A stretch of DNA of 64,000 bases from Octopus bimaculoides (lineage: Eukaryota): positions 18,011,914 to 18,075,913 of the forward strand of contig NC_068988.1 in assembly GCF_001194135.2 (NCBI RefSeq), read 5' to 3'. Shown here piece by piece: positions 1-12,299 of the stretch. The position numbers were made by a program, and so were the translations under genes. The notes under the pieces are model-generated. The model was not told the origin of the DNA. It saw only the letters and a program-made list of their open reading frames with translations, and searched no databases. The stretch's first letter is position 1; each line of letters opens with the position of its first letter.

Positions 1-21
1 ATGAATATTTTACTTCTCATC

Positions 22-399
22 GTGGAGGCGCAATGGCCCAGTGGTTAGGGCAGCGGACTCGTGGTCATAGGATCGCGGATTCGTTGTGGGTGTTTATTGA
101 GCGAAAACACCTAAAGCTCCACGAGGCTCCGGCAGGGGATGGTGGCGAACCCTGCTGTGCTCATTCACCACAACTTTCTCTCACTCTTTCTTCCTGTTTC
201 TGTTGTGCTTGTAATTCAAAGGGTCAGCCTTGTCACACTGTGTCACGCTGAATATCCCCGAGAACTACGTTAAGGGTACACGTGTCTGTGGAGTGCTCAG
301 CCACTTGCACGTTAATTTCACGAGCAGGCTGTTCCGTTGATCGGATCAACTGGAACCCTCGCCGTCGTAAGCGACGGAGTGCCAACAACAACAGCAACA
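22..399 (+). mobile_element. tRNA-derived SINE (family A), full length but with the B-box region deleted
   Basis: Head GGCGCAATGGCCCAGTGGTTAGGGCAGCGGACTCG, body near-identical to the copies at 14586 and 25162, (CAA)n tail, 10-bp TSD ACTTCTCATC (12-21 / 400-409). Confidence 0.9.
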
Positions 400-770
400 A
401 CTTCTCATCATCAATAAATATCTAAAGTGTTATACTGCATTAATACCAAAACACAAAAAGAAATGCAAAAAAGAAGGTGGTAGCATGTGGCTGCAATATT
501 AGTAATTTAAGTTAAAGATAGACCCGTCGGTATTGGTAACACTTCAATTGACCCTCCCCGTGCAACAATCATGCGGTGCATATGTTCTTGTATATATTCC
601 TACATACGTATTGTGTGTATGTGTGTTCCTGAATGGGCTAAAGAAAATTTAAATGTTAGAAAACCTTAACAATGAGATGAAGTTATAAGAATATAAATAC
701 ACTTCTTCAGTCCGTCTATGGAGTGTAGATATAGATATAGATATATATATGCGCATATATAGTATATACG

Positions 771-1191
771 TGTAGTGACAGCTTATAGCAGACGACTGTT
801 ATATGTTCAATTCCGGAGTTTTATCCACGCATGCGCAGGGACTAGTTCCGGAAGGAATACAGGAAGAGTCTCATGCGCATGCGTAGAGTTCGACACCCAG
901 CTTTGGCGCCTTTTCTCAGTCTCTTCGTTGACTGATCTCCGTCGAGCCAAGACGTCCAACAGAGGTCTCTCACATGTCAGCACCAGAGCTTCACAAATAA
1001 CCACGGAAATCATTCAGGAGGCGTCTCATTAACCGAGGGCGACGAGCTACCGAATTCCCTCCAAGCGTGAACTGAATTCCACTGTAAATAAATATTGTTA
1101 TGTTGTTCAGAATCTGCGTTCCGTTGTTTCTTCTAGAAATTTAATGTACGGAAGCGGTGTACACCTAATGGTGTATAGCCACTTCCCTACA
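771..1191. mobile_element. Solo LTR of an LTR retrotransposon (probably Ty3/Gypsy)
   Basis: Begins TGTAG and ends CTACA (terminal inverted repeat), flanked by 4-bp TSD TACG (767-770 / 1192-1195), 421 bp, AATAAA at 1087-1092 followed by a T/G-rich tract, GC-richer than its flanks. Confidence 0.75.
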
Positions 1192-1848
1192 TACGTATAT
1201 TTGCATGCGTATATATGAGTGTATGTGTAAGTGTATATAGAAGTAGATGTACCTGTGTACTTATGCATGTATATATGTGTGTGTGTGTGTGTGCAAATGA
1301 TGCGCATTCACATACACATATACACATACACACATACACACACATATTTACATCTCTTGATATGTGAAGATAAAACGATTGAATGATAAAGTGGAAGAAA
1401 GTAATAAGAAAATATACGAACATACACATGTTGGGTTTATTCTATTAAATACCAAAATTATCTAAGAAATGCTTTCATAGTACCAGTCAATAAGCAATCA
1501 TTGAATTTAGGAACATTCCGTGTGGTCTGCCCTGAGCAGTCAATAATCGATAAGTCTTCGTTTCCTCTATGCTTCTTCACCGTCTTACGCTATTAAAAAC
1601 TACAGTTTGCCAGTGGGCGAAATAATTTAAACAATATATCATTCACTGTAATACTGTTAATGCTTGTTTAGTGTTATTTTACGTTAAAAACTGTTTCAGG
1701 AAATGTCTTTCTAATTCTATTCACATAAATCGTCCCCCCATTATCTGACTGATATGTTGCTTTATCGAAGTTGAAGGTTGCCCTTTGCAAACTTTGAAAT
1801 CAGTCCATATAGGGCCATAACTGAAAAGCACACACAGAGGCACACGTA

Positions 1849-1910
<62 letters not shown>

Positions 1911-1911
<1 letters not shown>

Positions 1912-2162
1912 TGTATAAAGAATCGTGGATAAGGCCAGAACAATGCGAAGTAAAAGCAAGGCATATCACAAGAAAACAAACATATGAATTAATGTAGACT
2001 TACTTTGCATTCAATATTTCGGTGTTATGACCCCATCCTCAATAAGTTAACCCCGAAATATTGAATGCAAAGTAAGTCTACATTAATTAATATATGTTTT
2101 CTTCTGATTTGCCTTGCTTTTACTTCGCATTGTTCTGGCCTTACCCACGATCCTTTATACAG
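1911..2162. mobile_element. Palindromic MITE, Tc1/mariner-type (TA target site)
   Basis: About 110-bp imperfect inverted arms (TGTATAAAG...CTTTATACAG) around a roughly 30-nt spacer, flanked by TA at 1909-1910 and 2163-2164. It produces mirror ORFs MLLLRIVLAL.. on both strands. Confidence 0.8.
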
Positions 2163-2645
2163 TACATTCTACGCAATGCTTTAATAGTAACTATTCCATG
2201 TGTGTGTGTGTGTACCACCGTGCGTGCATGCGTACAATTGTGCTTTTATGTGAAATAGTTTGTTTGGAAGTCTTTACTTTCAAAAATAATGAATAATAAA
2301 TTATTGAATTTATTTCCTGGTATCCCTAAAATGGTACCCACTAGTGTCTGTTTAGTTGTATTTATCTATTTTACACTATATCCTTCCTATGCCGTATGCC
2401 AACGCCGATAGACATGACAAATGAGTAGGCTTGAACAGAAATTTTAAGAACTCCTATTCTAAGGATTTTATAAATTCACTACACTACGACATTTAGGGAA
2501 AACAATTGGTTACATTCCTGCTTATTTGCACACGAAACACCATTCAGATTTATGAGATGAAATAGGAAGACGAGACATGCATGCAATTCTGAATATACTT
2601 ATTCTGTAGAATATGAAAAAAAAAATCTATTCTGACTAAAATGTT

Positions 2646-2877
2646 GTGTTTATTGACCGAAAACACCTAAGCTCCACGAGGCTCCGGCAGGGGGTCGTGG
2701 CGACCCTTGTTGTACTCTTTCGCCCCAACTTTCTCTCACTCTTTCTTCCTGTTTTTTGAGTAACGCTGCGATGGACTGGCGTCCCGTCCAGCAAGGGGGA
2801 ACACATTCGCCATAGAAACCGGGAAACAGGGCCCATGAGCCTGGCTAGGCTTTGAAAGGGCGACGTTTATAGTTTTA
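2646..2877 (+). mobile_element. 5'-truncated chimeric SINE: family-A core plus a different 3' tail
   Basis: Matches family A from TTTATTGACCGAAAACACC to CTTCCTG, then switches to TAACGCTGCGATGGACTGGCGTCCCGTCC...GAAAGGGCGACG. 11-bp TSD ACTAAAATGTT (2635-2645 / 2878-2888). Confidence 0.8.
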
Positions 2878-3503
2878 ACTAAAATGTTACAGTTCAACAG
2901 TATTCAAGCTGTTACTAATATTCACAAATCAAGTCATTATTTGCACAATTTCGGAAGTTACATGCATGATTTAGAAATACTTTTATCCGGTAGCGTAGCG
3001 ACGGCTGATTGACTAGTTCTGAAATGAATTAACGTTGTAATTTGTCCTATTGTATGTAGTAAACAAAAGCAAGTCACGAACTCAATCCGTAAGCAATTGA
3101 TTGCAGAGTCATAGTTCTCGCTACTGTTGCAACATTAATGATTTCTAACCTGGGTAGGCTCAAAGTCATACGTTCTAAAATATAGAACTAGTTAATTATA
3201 TTGACCACAATATTTGATTGATTCTTATCTTATCGACCTTATATGAATAAATGGAAGGGATGATCTGAGAGGGATAAGTACCAATCAGTTAGATATCACA
3301 AGGCATTGTTGTACCGAACTGTTCTCTAGTACTTATGCAAATCAGTTTTACATAAAAGCAACTGATGCCAGCCTCACCTGACATCGATTTAAAGTGTCCT
3401 CACACAGTTCTCACAAACGAGCACGCGAGCATACATATTTGATGTGGAAATGTTCGAGTACTCTTTCTCTCTCTCCCTCTCCCCCTCTCCCTCTCTTCCT
3501 CTT

Positions 3504-3542
<39 letters not shown>

Positions 3543-6500
3543 AACAAATGGCCCACTCACCCTGGAGCATTTCCTCTCTTTTTCTGTCTTTCTCTCCCCC
3601 TTTTCCCATTTTGCGTTCTTGTCCTCCGCCCCTCTCTCCTTCTCTCTTTCTNNNNNNNNNNNNNNNNNNNNNNNNNNNNNNNNNNNNNNNNNNNNNNNNN
3701 NNNNNNNNNNNNNNNNNNNNNNNNNNNNNNNNNNNNNNNNNNNNNNNNNNNNNNNNNNNNNNNNNNNNNNNNNNNNNNNNNNNNNNNNNNNNNNNNNNNN
3801 NNNNNNNNNNNNNNNNNNNNNNNNNNNNNNNNNNNNNNNNNNNNNNNNNNNNNNNNNNNNNNNNNNNNNNNNNNNNNNNNNNNNNNNNNNNNNNNNNNNN
3901 NNNNNNNNNNNNNNNNNNNNNNNNNNNNNNNNNNNNNNNNNNNNNNNNNNNNNNNNNNNNNNNNNNNNNNNNNNNNNNNNNNNNNNNNNNNNNNNNNNNN
4001 NNNNNNNNNNNNNNNNNNNNNNNNNNNNNNNNNNNNNNNNNNNNNNNNNNNNNNNNNNNNNNNNNNNNNNNNNNNNNNNNNNNNNNNNNNNNNNNNNNNN
4101 NNNNNNNTAAATCAACTTAAATGTAGAACAAAGTATTTTCTTAGAATTAAAACAGGTGATATCAGTCGTTTTGCTGATAGTGTGAAAAGTCTTCAGAAGA
4201 CAGCATTATAAAAGAGATTGATCTGATAGTAATTAACCCATAAAAATTCCCTGTTTATTATACATCATCATCATTATCATCATCGTCATTATTATCTCGT
4301 TAATTTTTCTTGCTAGTATGAATTGGGACAGTCTCACACCTTATGCTATGAGATTTCATGATCCAGCGCACACTACATCAATATAGAAAAAAACAGTCAA
4401 CTATGTGTTGAGTGTATCGTTATACTTGCATGGTTTCCTTGGTTTGATATCCCTCCTTCCACCGGCACTAGATATGTTATCCCTGATCAGGTGAAAAGTT
4501 AACGTTCTCCGTTCGTTCCGTACAATAAGTAAATCAATTATTGATACAGTTATTTATTTGAAAATTAATCTAGTGTAGAGAGATTCTTATGACCTGATTA
4601 TAAAATATTGACTATCGATGTTACAGTTCTCAGGTAATATTTTTTTTATATCGACAAAACTGTAGATCAGTGTTAGTAAATTGTTGACATCGATATAATT
4701 CATAACGGGGTGTGGTTGCCAGAGTAATGACTCAACACCATAGCGAATCAGGATTATGTTACAACAAACTAGTAAGTAGAATATAACATTCTTGTCGACA
4801 TAGTGTTGAAGTAGCTAAACTGTATTGACACTGAATCTTATCTGACAAACAGAAATCAACACTCAGATGCTGGTAGATGAGTTCAGCACGTATGTCCGTG
4901 TCAACAACGAAATGTTACTGCTGTAGTTATCAGTTTATAATAGTTCCAAAATCGATACTACAACAATGCTAAGAACTTTTACTAGTGTTGACAAGCCAAC
5001 AGACATTTCGGTGTGGTGATTTTGCTAATTATAGATATGCATTGCATAATTATGATAGTTCTGATGTATGTGATGTGATGTCATGAAGACATAAATAGTT
5101 GGCAAAAGACAATTTAAGAAGCAAACATTTTAACAACACTACTTGGCTGGTGAACAGAAGACAACATGAAAGGAAAAAAATATGTTGCTTTACAATGCCA
5201 AACAGATGACGATACGAAGACACAGTAAAGTGGGAAGATGACACGGTGTCAATTAATGGTAGGATCGGACCGTGGATAATATCCTCATAATGTTATTATG
5301 TCAATACCAACCAACAATGAACACTACAAAGCTACTCGGAAGACATCACCAAAAAATCAATACGAATAATAATGGTGTGAAACAAACCACATTGCCACAA
5401 TCGATATCATAAAGTTGCTAAGCAAATTTGATTATTACAATCAATAATATTAAACATAACTACTCCATGTTAGACATATCATTTGCTGCAAGCAGAAAAC
5501 TTGTTTATACAGGAAACACAATTGGAGGCACAGTGATCAAGGCAATTAGGAGGAAACATATGATTTCGACCACTATTGCTAAGCACGACTAGATGTGAAT
5601 TAGTATTCATTTTCAGACAATAGACGATGTATTTAATTCTAAAGGTCTTAGTTAACCTGCTTAGAAAATAGGTTGATCTTCGATAGAGTAGCGTCTTTAG
5701 GTGGAATATTTGTTTCTGGTGTGATTATTGCTAGCACTAATGATCTGTGCCTGATCTGATATGGAAAGTTCACGATTTTAACATTAAGTAATGATGAATG
5801 TTGTATTTATGTGTAAGTATCTGTGTGTGTATGTGTGTTTCGTGGCCAGACTCCTTTTATTTAAACCAATCGATTTTACAGTCACCACACTATGGTGGAC
5901 ATAAGAAACGCTATTAAAATTGGTGTCCAGGCTTCCATTAATATATACGTAACAATCTTCTAAATATGTATATATTAGTAAATCAAAGAAAAATGAGTTG
6001 CTTTATAATATCGTGAAGTGTCTTCCGATGAAAGAAAGGCTAGTTGTTAAGCGCTATAAATTACAAGTGTTATGTAATACCAAGAGTCTTAATCGATTAT
6101 AGATCACTGAAAACTGATAGCTTGCTCTGACCAAAATTGTAGTGTGAAGAAAATTAATAGAAAATATTATAGATAGTGTTTTGTGTAGTGTATTAATGCA
6201 AGGAGAATACCGAATGTTTAAAAGATATACCAGAAAAGGTTAGGCCAACCAACTCCGTAAATTAAAATTTCGTTGGCACCGTTTAGGCATTGTAAGGGAG
6301 CTATGGCAGTACATTTGTGGGTTTGCATGCATGTGTGTGTCGAGGTTATATGTGTATATGGCTGTTGTTTGTTGTATTCATATTCATGCCAGTTTAAAAG
6401 CCGGTGCTCTTTATTTCTTGTATGCTCTTTATTTCTTGTACGGGCGGGTGTGAATCTTATACTTCAGCTGTCACCTTGGCTTCGTCTCCTCAGTCCTGAA

Positions 6501-7519
6501 AAGCAAACAGACAGTATCATATGTTGTACTTCGTTCAACAGACAAAATATTGTCACATAGTTCAGCTATTCATTTTGACGGCTACATAAAAGATTCTGCC
6601 TCCTGTTTTAATGAGGTACAGGCACATTAACAGTCTCCCTTCCTGTTAATAGAGAAAATCTTATGGTTAGCAGAGAGAGAGAGAGAGAGAGTTTCTTGTA
6701 ATATAGATCGAATTTTCGAAACCTTTGGTTCCAAAGCCTTCCGGGCCACCTATTTTTCCGCACCAGGGCTAATCACTTATTGATTAAACAAATTTGAAAT
6801 TTACTTAAATAATTAAATAAAATACAGGTACCTGCACATTTCTATAAGTCACCCGAGTTTATTAATACTGTACTGTGTAAGATACTGTGAAACAGGTTCT
6901 CTCAATAAATTACTCTGACGGACACAGGAATTTGAAGTCCATGTTCGTAAATGATTGTGCCGAACCATTATTGTCCGGAAAGTTGGCTTTGTTCCTGTAT
7001 AGTTCTTCCAGTCTTGCATAACGCAACATTTTGTGAACGTGTGTGTGGAAACCGCTGTGTCGTCGTAAAAGTTGTGGCACGAGCCTTCCAGTAAACTCAT
7101 ATTTATGTTAGAAACATCAGTTAAATCGTTTTTTCTTTATTTTCATATTTTTATATTTTTATTTGTAATATTTTTTAGTTATTTGTGTGTGTGTTGTCCG
7201 GGGAAATGATTTTTTTCGTGAAAGGATATGTCTAGTCGACATTTTATATTGAATGTCGACGATAAGGAAAATATTTTCTAAGTATCTTTTATATATATAT
7301 ATATATGGTTCGACTACCATCCGTGCAACATCTATATTCCTCCCTGTGCCTTAAAAATCTTATGTCCTTGCCGTAAGGCTTTACTTCCACACACGCCAGC
7401 TTAATTTAATTCGTCCTTAGTCGAAAGACACCTGTTGTTATGTCCTGTTATTGTATTTGTGTAACATTTCTCCGTTTTTTCCATCCTTGCTTTCGTATAC
7501 ACTCGCTGCTTCCTTCCAA

Positions 7520-7714
7520 GGAACTTCTAGCTGTTTTGCAACGTTAGAAGCCTTCGAACGGGGTTCGTTTTCCACAATTCTCTTCAAACAGCGAAGCTTC
7601 CTTTCCGAGGGCTCAGGTTGACCGGGACGAGGATCTGTTGATTCTTTTCCTTGGCTTTTGAATTGGACTATAATTCTATTAACAGTAGCAAGAGGAATTT
7701 GAAGATTTTCAGCA
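7520..7714 (-). mobile_element. Tc1/mariner transposase N-terminal HTH fragment (cut by a gap)
   Basis: Minus-strand translation [64 protein letters not shown] fits the paired HTH region of Tc1-family transposases. No DDE domain is visible. Confidence 0.7.
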
Positions 7715-8149
7715 NNNNNNNNNNNNNNNNNNNNNNNNNNNNNNNNNNNNNNNNNNNNNNNNNNNNNNNNNNNNNNNNNNNNNNNNNNNNNNNNNNNNNN
7801 NNNNNNNNNNNNNNNNNNNNNNNNNNNNNNNNNNNNNNNNNNNNNNNNNNNNNNNNNNNNNNNNNNNNNNNNNNNNNNNNNNNNNNNNNNNNNNNNNNNN
7901 NNNNNNNNNNNNNNNNNNNNNNNNNNNNNNNNNNNNNNNNNNNNNNNNNNNNNNNNNNNNNNNNNNNNNNNNNNNNNGGTACGAGTGAGTTCACTCGTCT
8001 CCTTGAGTAATAATTTCTTGTAGCAATAGCTATGAATAGTAATTCAATTTTTGCAAAACTCAACAAACTTTGATCCATAGATGGAGCAAAGTGTAGACGT
8101 CTTACCAAAGTAAGAAATAAAATAAAAATAATAACGATTATCTCGAGAC

Positions 8150-8500
8150 CAGTAATTTTTGTGGAGAGGGGTTAGTCGATGCCATCATCCCCATCACTTG
8201 ATGACACTTTATTTTACCGACCACTGGTGGAAGGAAAGCAAAATGACCATTTTACGATAATAGTTTTTGATTCAAGCACAAGGTCCGCAGTTTTAAGGGA
8301 CGAGTTAGTCGATTAGATCGACCCCAGGACAAGAAAAGTGCGTTATTGTATCAACCTGAAGTGATGAAAGACAAAGCTGACTTCGATGAGCTTTGAACTT
8401 GTAAGTAAAGTGCCCGAACATATACTGTGAGAGATTTTGTCGGACACTCTAATGATTCAAAAAATCCATCGCCCTACCACAAAGTTGGAGAAACTGAAAC
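8150..8500 (-). mobile_element. Two degenerate copies of SINE family M (Meta-domain-like)
   Basis: Reverse complement of the GCCTTTCATCCTTTCGGGGTCGATAAA.TAAGTACCAG...GGGGTCGAT module seen in better copies at 12300 and 39310. Confidence 0.6.
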
Positions 8501-8889
8501 ATAAATATATGCCATTTAAAATGAGAATAGTGGAATTTTTTACTGAATCAGTAGGAAGTTGTTGACAGATGTATTGCAATATTCAAATGGTGACGTTTCT
8601 TTTAAAAATTAAAATCCTGTTTCTGTCCACTTTACTATTTATCATATCGACATCAACGATATAGGTATTTTTGTAAGCAAAAATACATGAATAAATAAAT
8701 ACATAAATAAATAAGATTTTATACAATATCAAGTCGAGAAACTACTGGAGTGAAAGTCTGATGGAATATGAACTTCGAAAACTCACACAAAAGCTCACAA
8801 ATGCACAAACGAACGTAAACTGAGTGACTGATTTGTCTTATACCACTTACTAGCAAATAAGATTTCATAGCGAGGGAGCTTACTCGTCA

Positions 8890-9760
8890 GTGTAGATTAT
8901 TTGAAAAAACGACAGAAAGAGTACAGTGAAACTGTCGTGGGAAGTGGAATATCCAACGTTTTGGACAGAGTCTTTTGAAGCAAAGATGACAAGAGGGAAA
9001 TAAAAGAAATACAGCAGAACTTTACATCCCCTATATTTGAGAAACTGGCTGCAACTGGTGGGGAAAACAAGATAAAGTAAGTTTGTATATGTAGACAAAA
9101 AGCAGTTGGAAAGAGAAACTGAGTGAGTGAAGGAAAAGAAAACAGGAAGAGAAAAAGGCGAAGGCTACGTGAAAGGAGAAATTTAGGTGAGAAACAAGTT
9201 GAAGGACTTGAATGGGAATATTGAACTAAAATGTGTTAGAGTAGAAGGAAAACGTTCTTTTAAACCTGTCATTGACACGATCCCGAATTTTTATATGAAA
9301 CGCAGTCGTTGCTCACTCTGTTTCTTTGAGTGTGTTGATCTATGATGTATGGAGATGCTGCACCATGATGTATAAGGTAATCGAATGGTCTCCTGTGTTG
9401 GTGTGGATGGTAACAGCCTGACGTGGCACGCGTAGTAATCTGCTTCGAACATGTTCCCGAAAACGGGACGACAGGCTGTTTTCCCAAAATGAAATGCATC
9501 ACCAAGTTTTCAGATGATACAATATAAGTTGAAAAATGTGCAACAGGTGTTAAACGGTGACTTTGAACAGGTGATGCATCGGTGGTGAGTACATTTAAAA
9601 CTATTTGATTTTGCACAACTGGGTGCAATAAAACTTCTAGCTAGGTGGCTGCCGAGTTTCCTATTTCTTTTCAAGGTGAAGAGAAGTGGTACAGGAAAGA
9701 TCGAAGCGACTGTGGGGCCAGGAATAGGATTCACAAATTGCAGATGAGTGTGCATTTCAA
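8890..9760 (-). mobile_element. Decayed Penelope-like element: GIY-YIG endonuclease remnant plus pLTR
   Basis: Frameshifted minus-strand peptides PFNTCCTFFNLYCII*KLGDAFHFGKTA / LSSRFREHVRSRL..QAVTIHTNTGDHSI..RFKRTFSF match the PLE GIY-YIG pattern. They are followed by a CT-rich pLTR with a mutated hammerhead at 8953-8982. Confidence 0.7.
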
Positions 9761-10010
9761 TGGGAAGATGAACGGGTGGAAAGCGTGGGACAGTGGAAAC
9801 TAGGCAGTAGATGTGCGTAAAAAGGGTAGGAGATAATGTATAAATTGGATAATGTTTGTATTCAGTATTTCTGCAAATATAAAATTTGCCGCATGTCTTA
9901 AAATTTTTTTTTTTTAATTAGGTCAGGAGGATAGAAGTCTTTCTGCGAATGTGACATAGTTAAGAGTTCTTCTCTCTCTCTTTCTCTCTCTCTCTTTCTC
10001 TCTCTCTCTT

Positions 10011-10041
<31 letters not shown>

Positions 10042-10416
10042 TTCTCTCTNNNNNNNNNNNNNNNNNNNNNNNNNNNNNNNNNNNNNNNNNNNNNNNNNNN
10101 NNNNNNNNNNNNNNNNNNNNNNNNNNNNNNNNNNNNNNNNNNNNNNNNNNNNNNNNNNNNNNNNNNNNNNNNNNNNNNNNNNNNNNNNNNNNNNNNNNNN
10201 NNNNNNNNNNNNNNNNNNNNNNNNNNNNNNNNNNNNNNNNNNNNNNNNNNNNNNNNNNNNNNNNNNNNNNNNNNNNNNNNNNNNNNNNNNNNNNNNNNNN
10301 NNNNNNNNNNNNNNNNNNNNNNNNNNNNNNNNNNNNNNNNNNNNNNNNNNNNNNNNNNNNNNNNNNNNNNNNNNNNNNNNNNNNNNNNNNNNNNNNNNNN
10401 NNNNNNNNNNNNNNNN

Positions 10417-10449
<33 letters not shown>

Positions 10450-10871
10450 GATTAAGAATGACTGTCGATTGTTGGATGGAACTAGATGTAATGAAGAACA
10501 CACGGCTGCTTGGTCTTTGAAGTTGCAGGGATTTCTCTGTGAGGCTGATCGATACTATCAGACATCTGTAACTTTATACTGAAACTATCAAATCAGCCAG
10601 CTATTGCCATTACAGTAGCACATGTGCATACATTCCTGCTTTGATCTCAGGCTATTTTAAGAAGTATACGGTGCAAATACTTAAGAAGCTCGACTTGGGT
10701 ATATTACTGATATTCATTGTATCGATTTTGAATAACCCTAGCCAGATTAGAGAGGAAAAATAAATAAACAAATAAATGAATTAGACATAAAAAAATAAGT
10801 GAAGTATCAAGTTAATTACGATTAAACATCAGCTACGGTTCAATAGGATCTGCGCTGACTTTATGTGGATA

Positions 10872-10913
<42 letters not shown>

Positions 10914-10962
10914 CATGCATGCATGCATGCATGCATGTAGGTATGTATGTATGTATGTATGC

Positions 10963-10995
<33 letters not shown>

Positions 10996-11334
10996 TAGAT
11001 AGATAGATACGACACATAGACAGTAATTAGCGAAGACTCATGGTCCGGTGGTTTGGGTATTGGATAATTATAAGATTCTGGTTTCAATTCTGGGACCGGG
11101 CGATTCTTTTTGTCCTTAAGTGGGGTACTTCATTTACGTTGCTCCAGTCTATTCGGCTATAATTAGTACTAACTAGGAGCTGGTGCAACACTCTATTCCT
11201 CAAGCTGTCACATCTTTAAGTATAAGAGGACCTACGAAGGTGACTATATCCTATCACAACTACATCAGCACCTGAAAACAAGGAAAATGTACATGTTACT
11301 AAGTCATACACGCTGCAAGCGGTAGATGGTTGGG

Positions 11335-11495
11335 TGAATATCATCATCATTATTAAACGTCCGTCTTCCATGCTGTCATGCGTTGGACTATGCCGTGTTC
11401 CTATGTTTTCTTTGGTACTGTTTCTACAGCTGCAGCCCTTCCTAACGCCAATTATTTGACAGAGTGAACTGGATGCTTTCCCGTGATACCAACAT
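11335..11495 (-). mobile_element. SINE with (GAT)n tail (family R), partial
   Basis: Reverse complement of GGCGTTAGGAAGGGCTGCAGCTGTAGAAA...CAACGCATGACAGCATGGAAGACGGACGTTTAATAATGATGATG; same family as 44055-44287. Confidence 0.7.
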
Positions 11496-11515
11496 AAATG
11501 TGCGCGTTCATGCGC

Positions 11516-11582
<67 letters not shown>

Positions 11583-12099
11583 TTATTATTAATAATAATG
11601 ATAAAGTGTATGGAGACTTGTACATCCACAAAAATTTATTTTATAGTTATATACAACATACTACAATGACCTATATGTGTTTCCGCTGCAGCGACCACTC
11701 ACTGTTGCAAATGCAACCTTGCATTATTGTCGGTGCAGCTTCATCAGAGTCCGTCCAATAAGTCATCCTTGAAGTGAATTGACTGACAATTTTTACTGTC
11801 CAGCGAAGAGAACACGGAATTACCCATCGGAAGAATTCACGGACCGACTAACAACTAAATGTAGTCACAGACGTTAGATACTGATCGTTTCGTTGTGGTT
11901 AACCGTTAACTGGAACTTAACCGAGAGCTAATATGGTATCCGCCCGGATAATATATCCCTTCAAACTCACTTTCATATATTTCTATATATATAAAATTTC
12001 ATCCAATACACTCCATACACTCTATTAAATAATTGGCCTTAAGAAGGGCTCCAGCTGCAGAAACTACACCAAAGCAAACAGGAATACGACATAGTCCGC

Positions 12100-12225
12100 T
12101 GGGATCGACTTTACCTTGCATCCTTTCAGGGTCGATAAAATAAGCACCAGTTGATCACTGGGTTCGATGTAATTGACTTTTCTCCTTTCCCGAAACTGCC
12201 AGCCTTGAGCCAAAGTTTGAAACGA
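12100..12225 (+). mobile_element. SINE family M, 3' fragment
   Basis: GATCGACTTTACCTTGCATCCTTTCAGGGTCGATAAAATAAGCACCAGTTGATCACTGGG... Confidence 0.7.
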
Positions 12226-12299
12226 TTATTTCAGCAACTTGCTCAGAACCCGGCGTGCTTTTTCAACTCGATCCACGAAGAAAAATATATAAATAACCT

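Noticed and set aside
33-251. 72-aa ORF MAQWLGQRTRGHRI.. (repeated at about 25170)
   Set aside because: Translation of the SINE family A head, not a protein.
3394-4211. Long ORFs spanning N runs (also 7651-8108, 9898-10503, 17805-18370, 44218-45666, 50105-50716)
   Set aside because: They are open only because N codons contain no stops; the flanks are microsatellites.
8830-8890. CUGACGA...GAAA on the minus strand just past the Penelope pLTR
   Set aside because: Lacks the U16.1-H17 site in register and stem I does not pair.
9269-9628. ORF with LTTDAS resembling Gypsy RNase H
   Set aside because: No other RNase H motifs follow; the other two frames match the Penelope GIY-YIG pattern much better.
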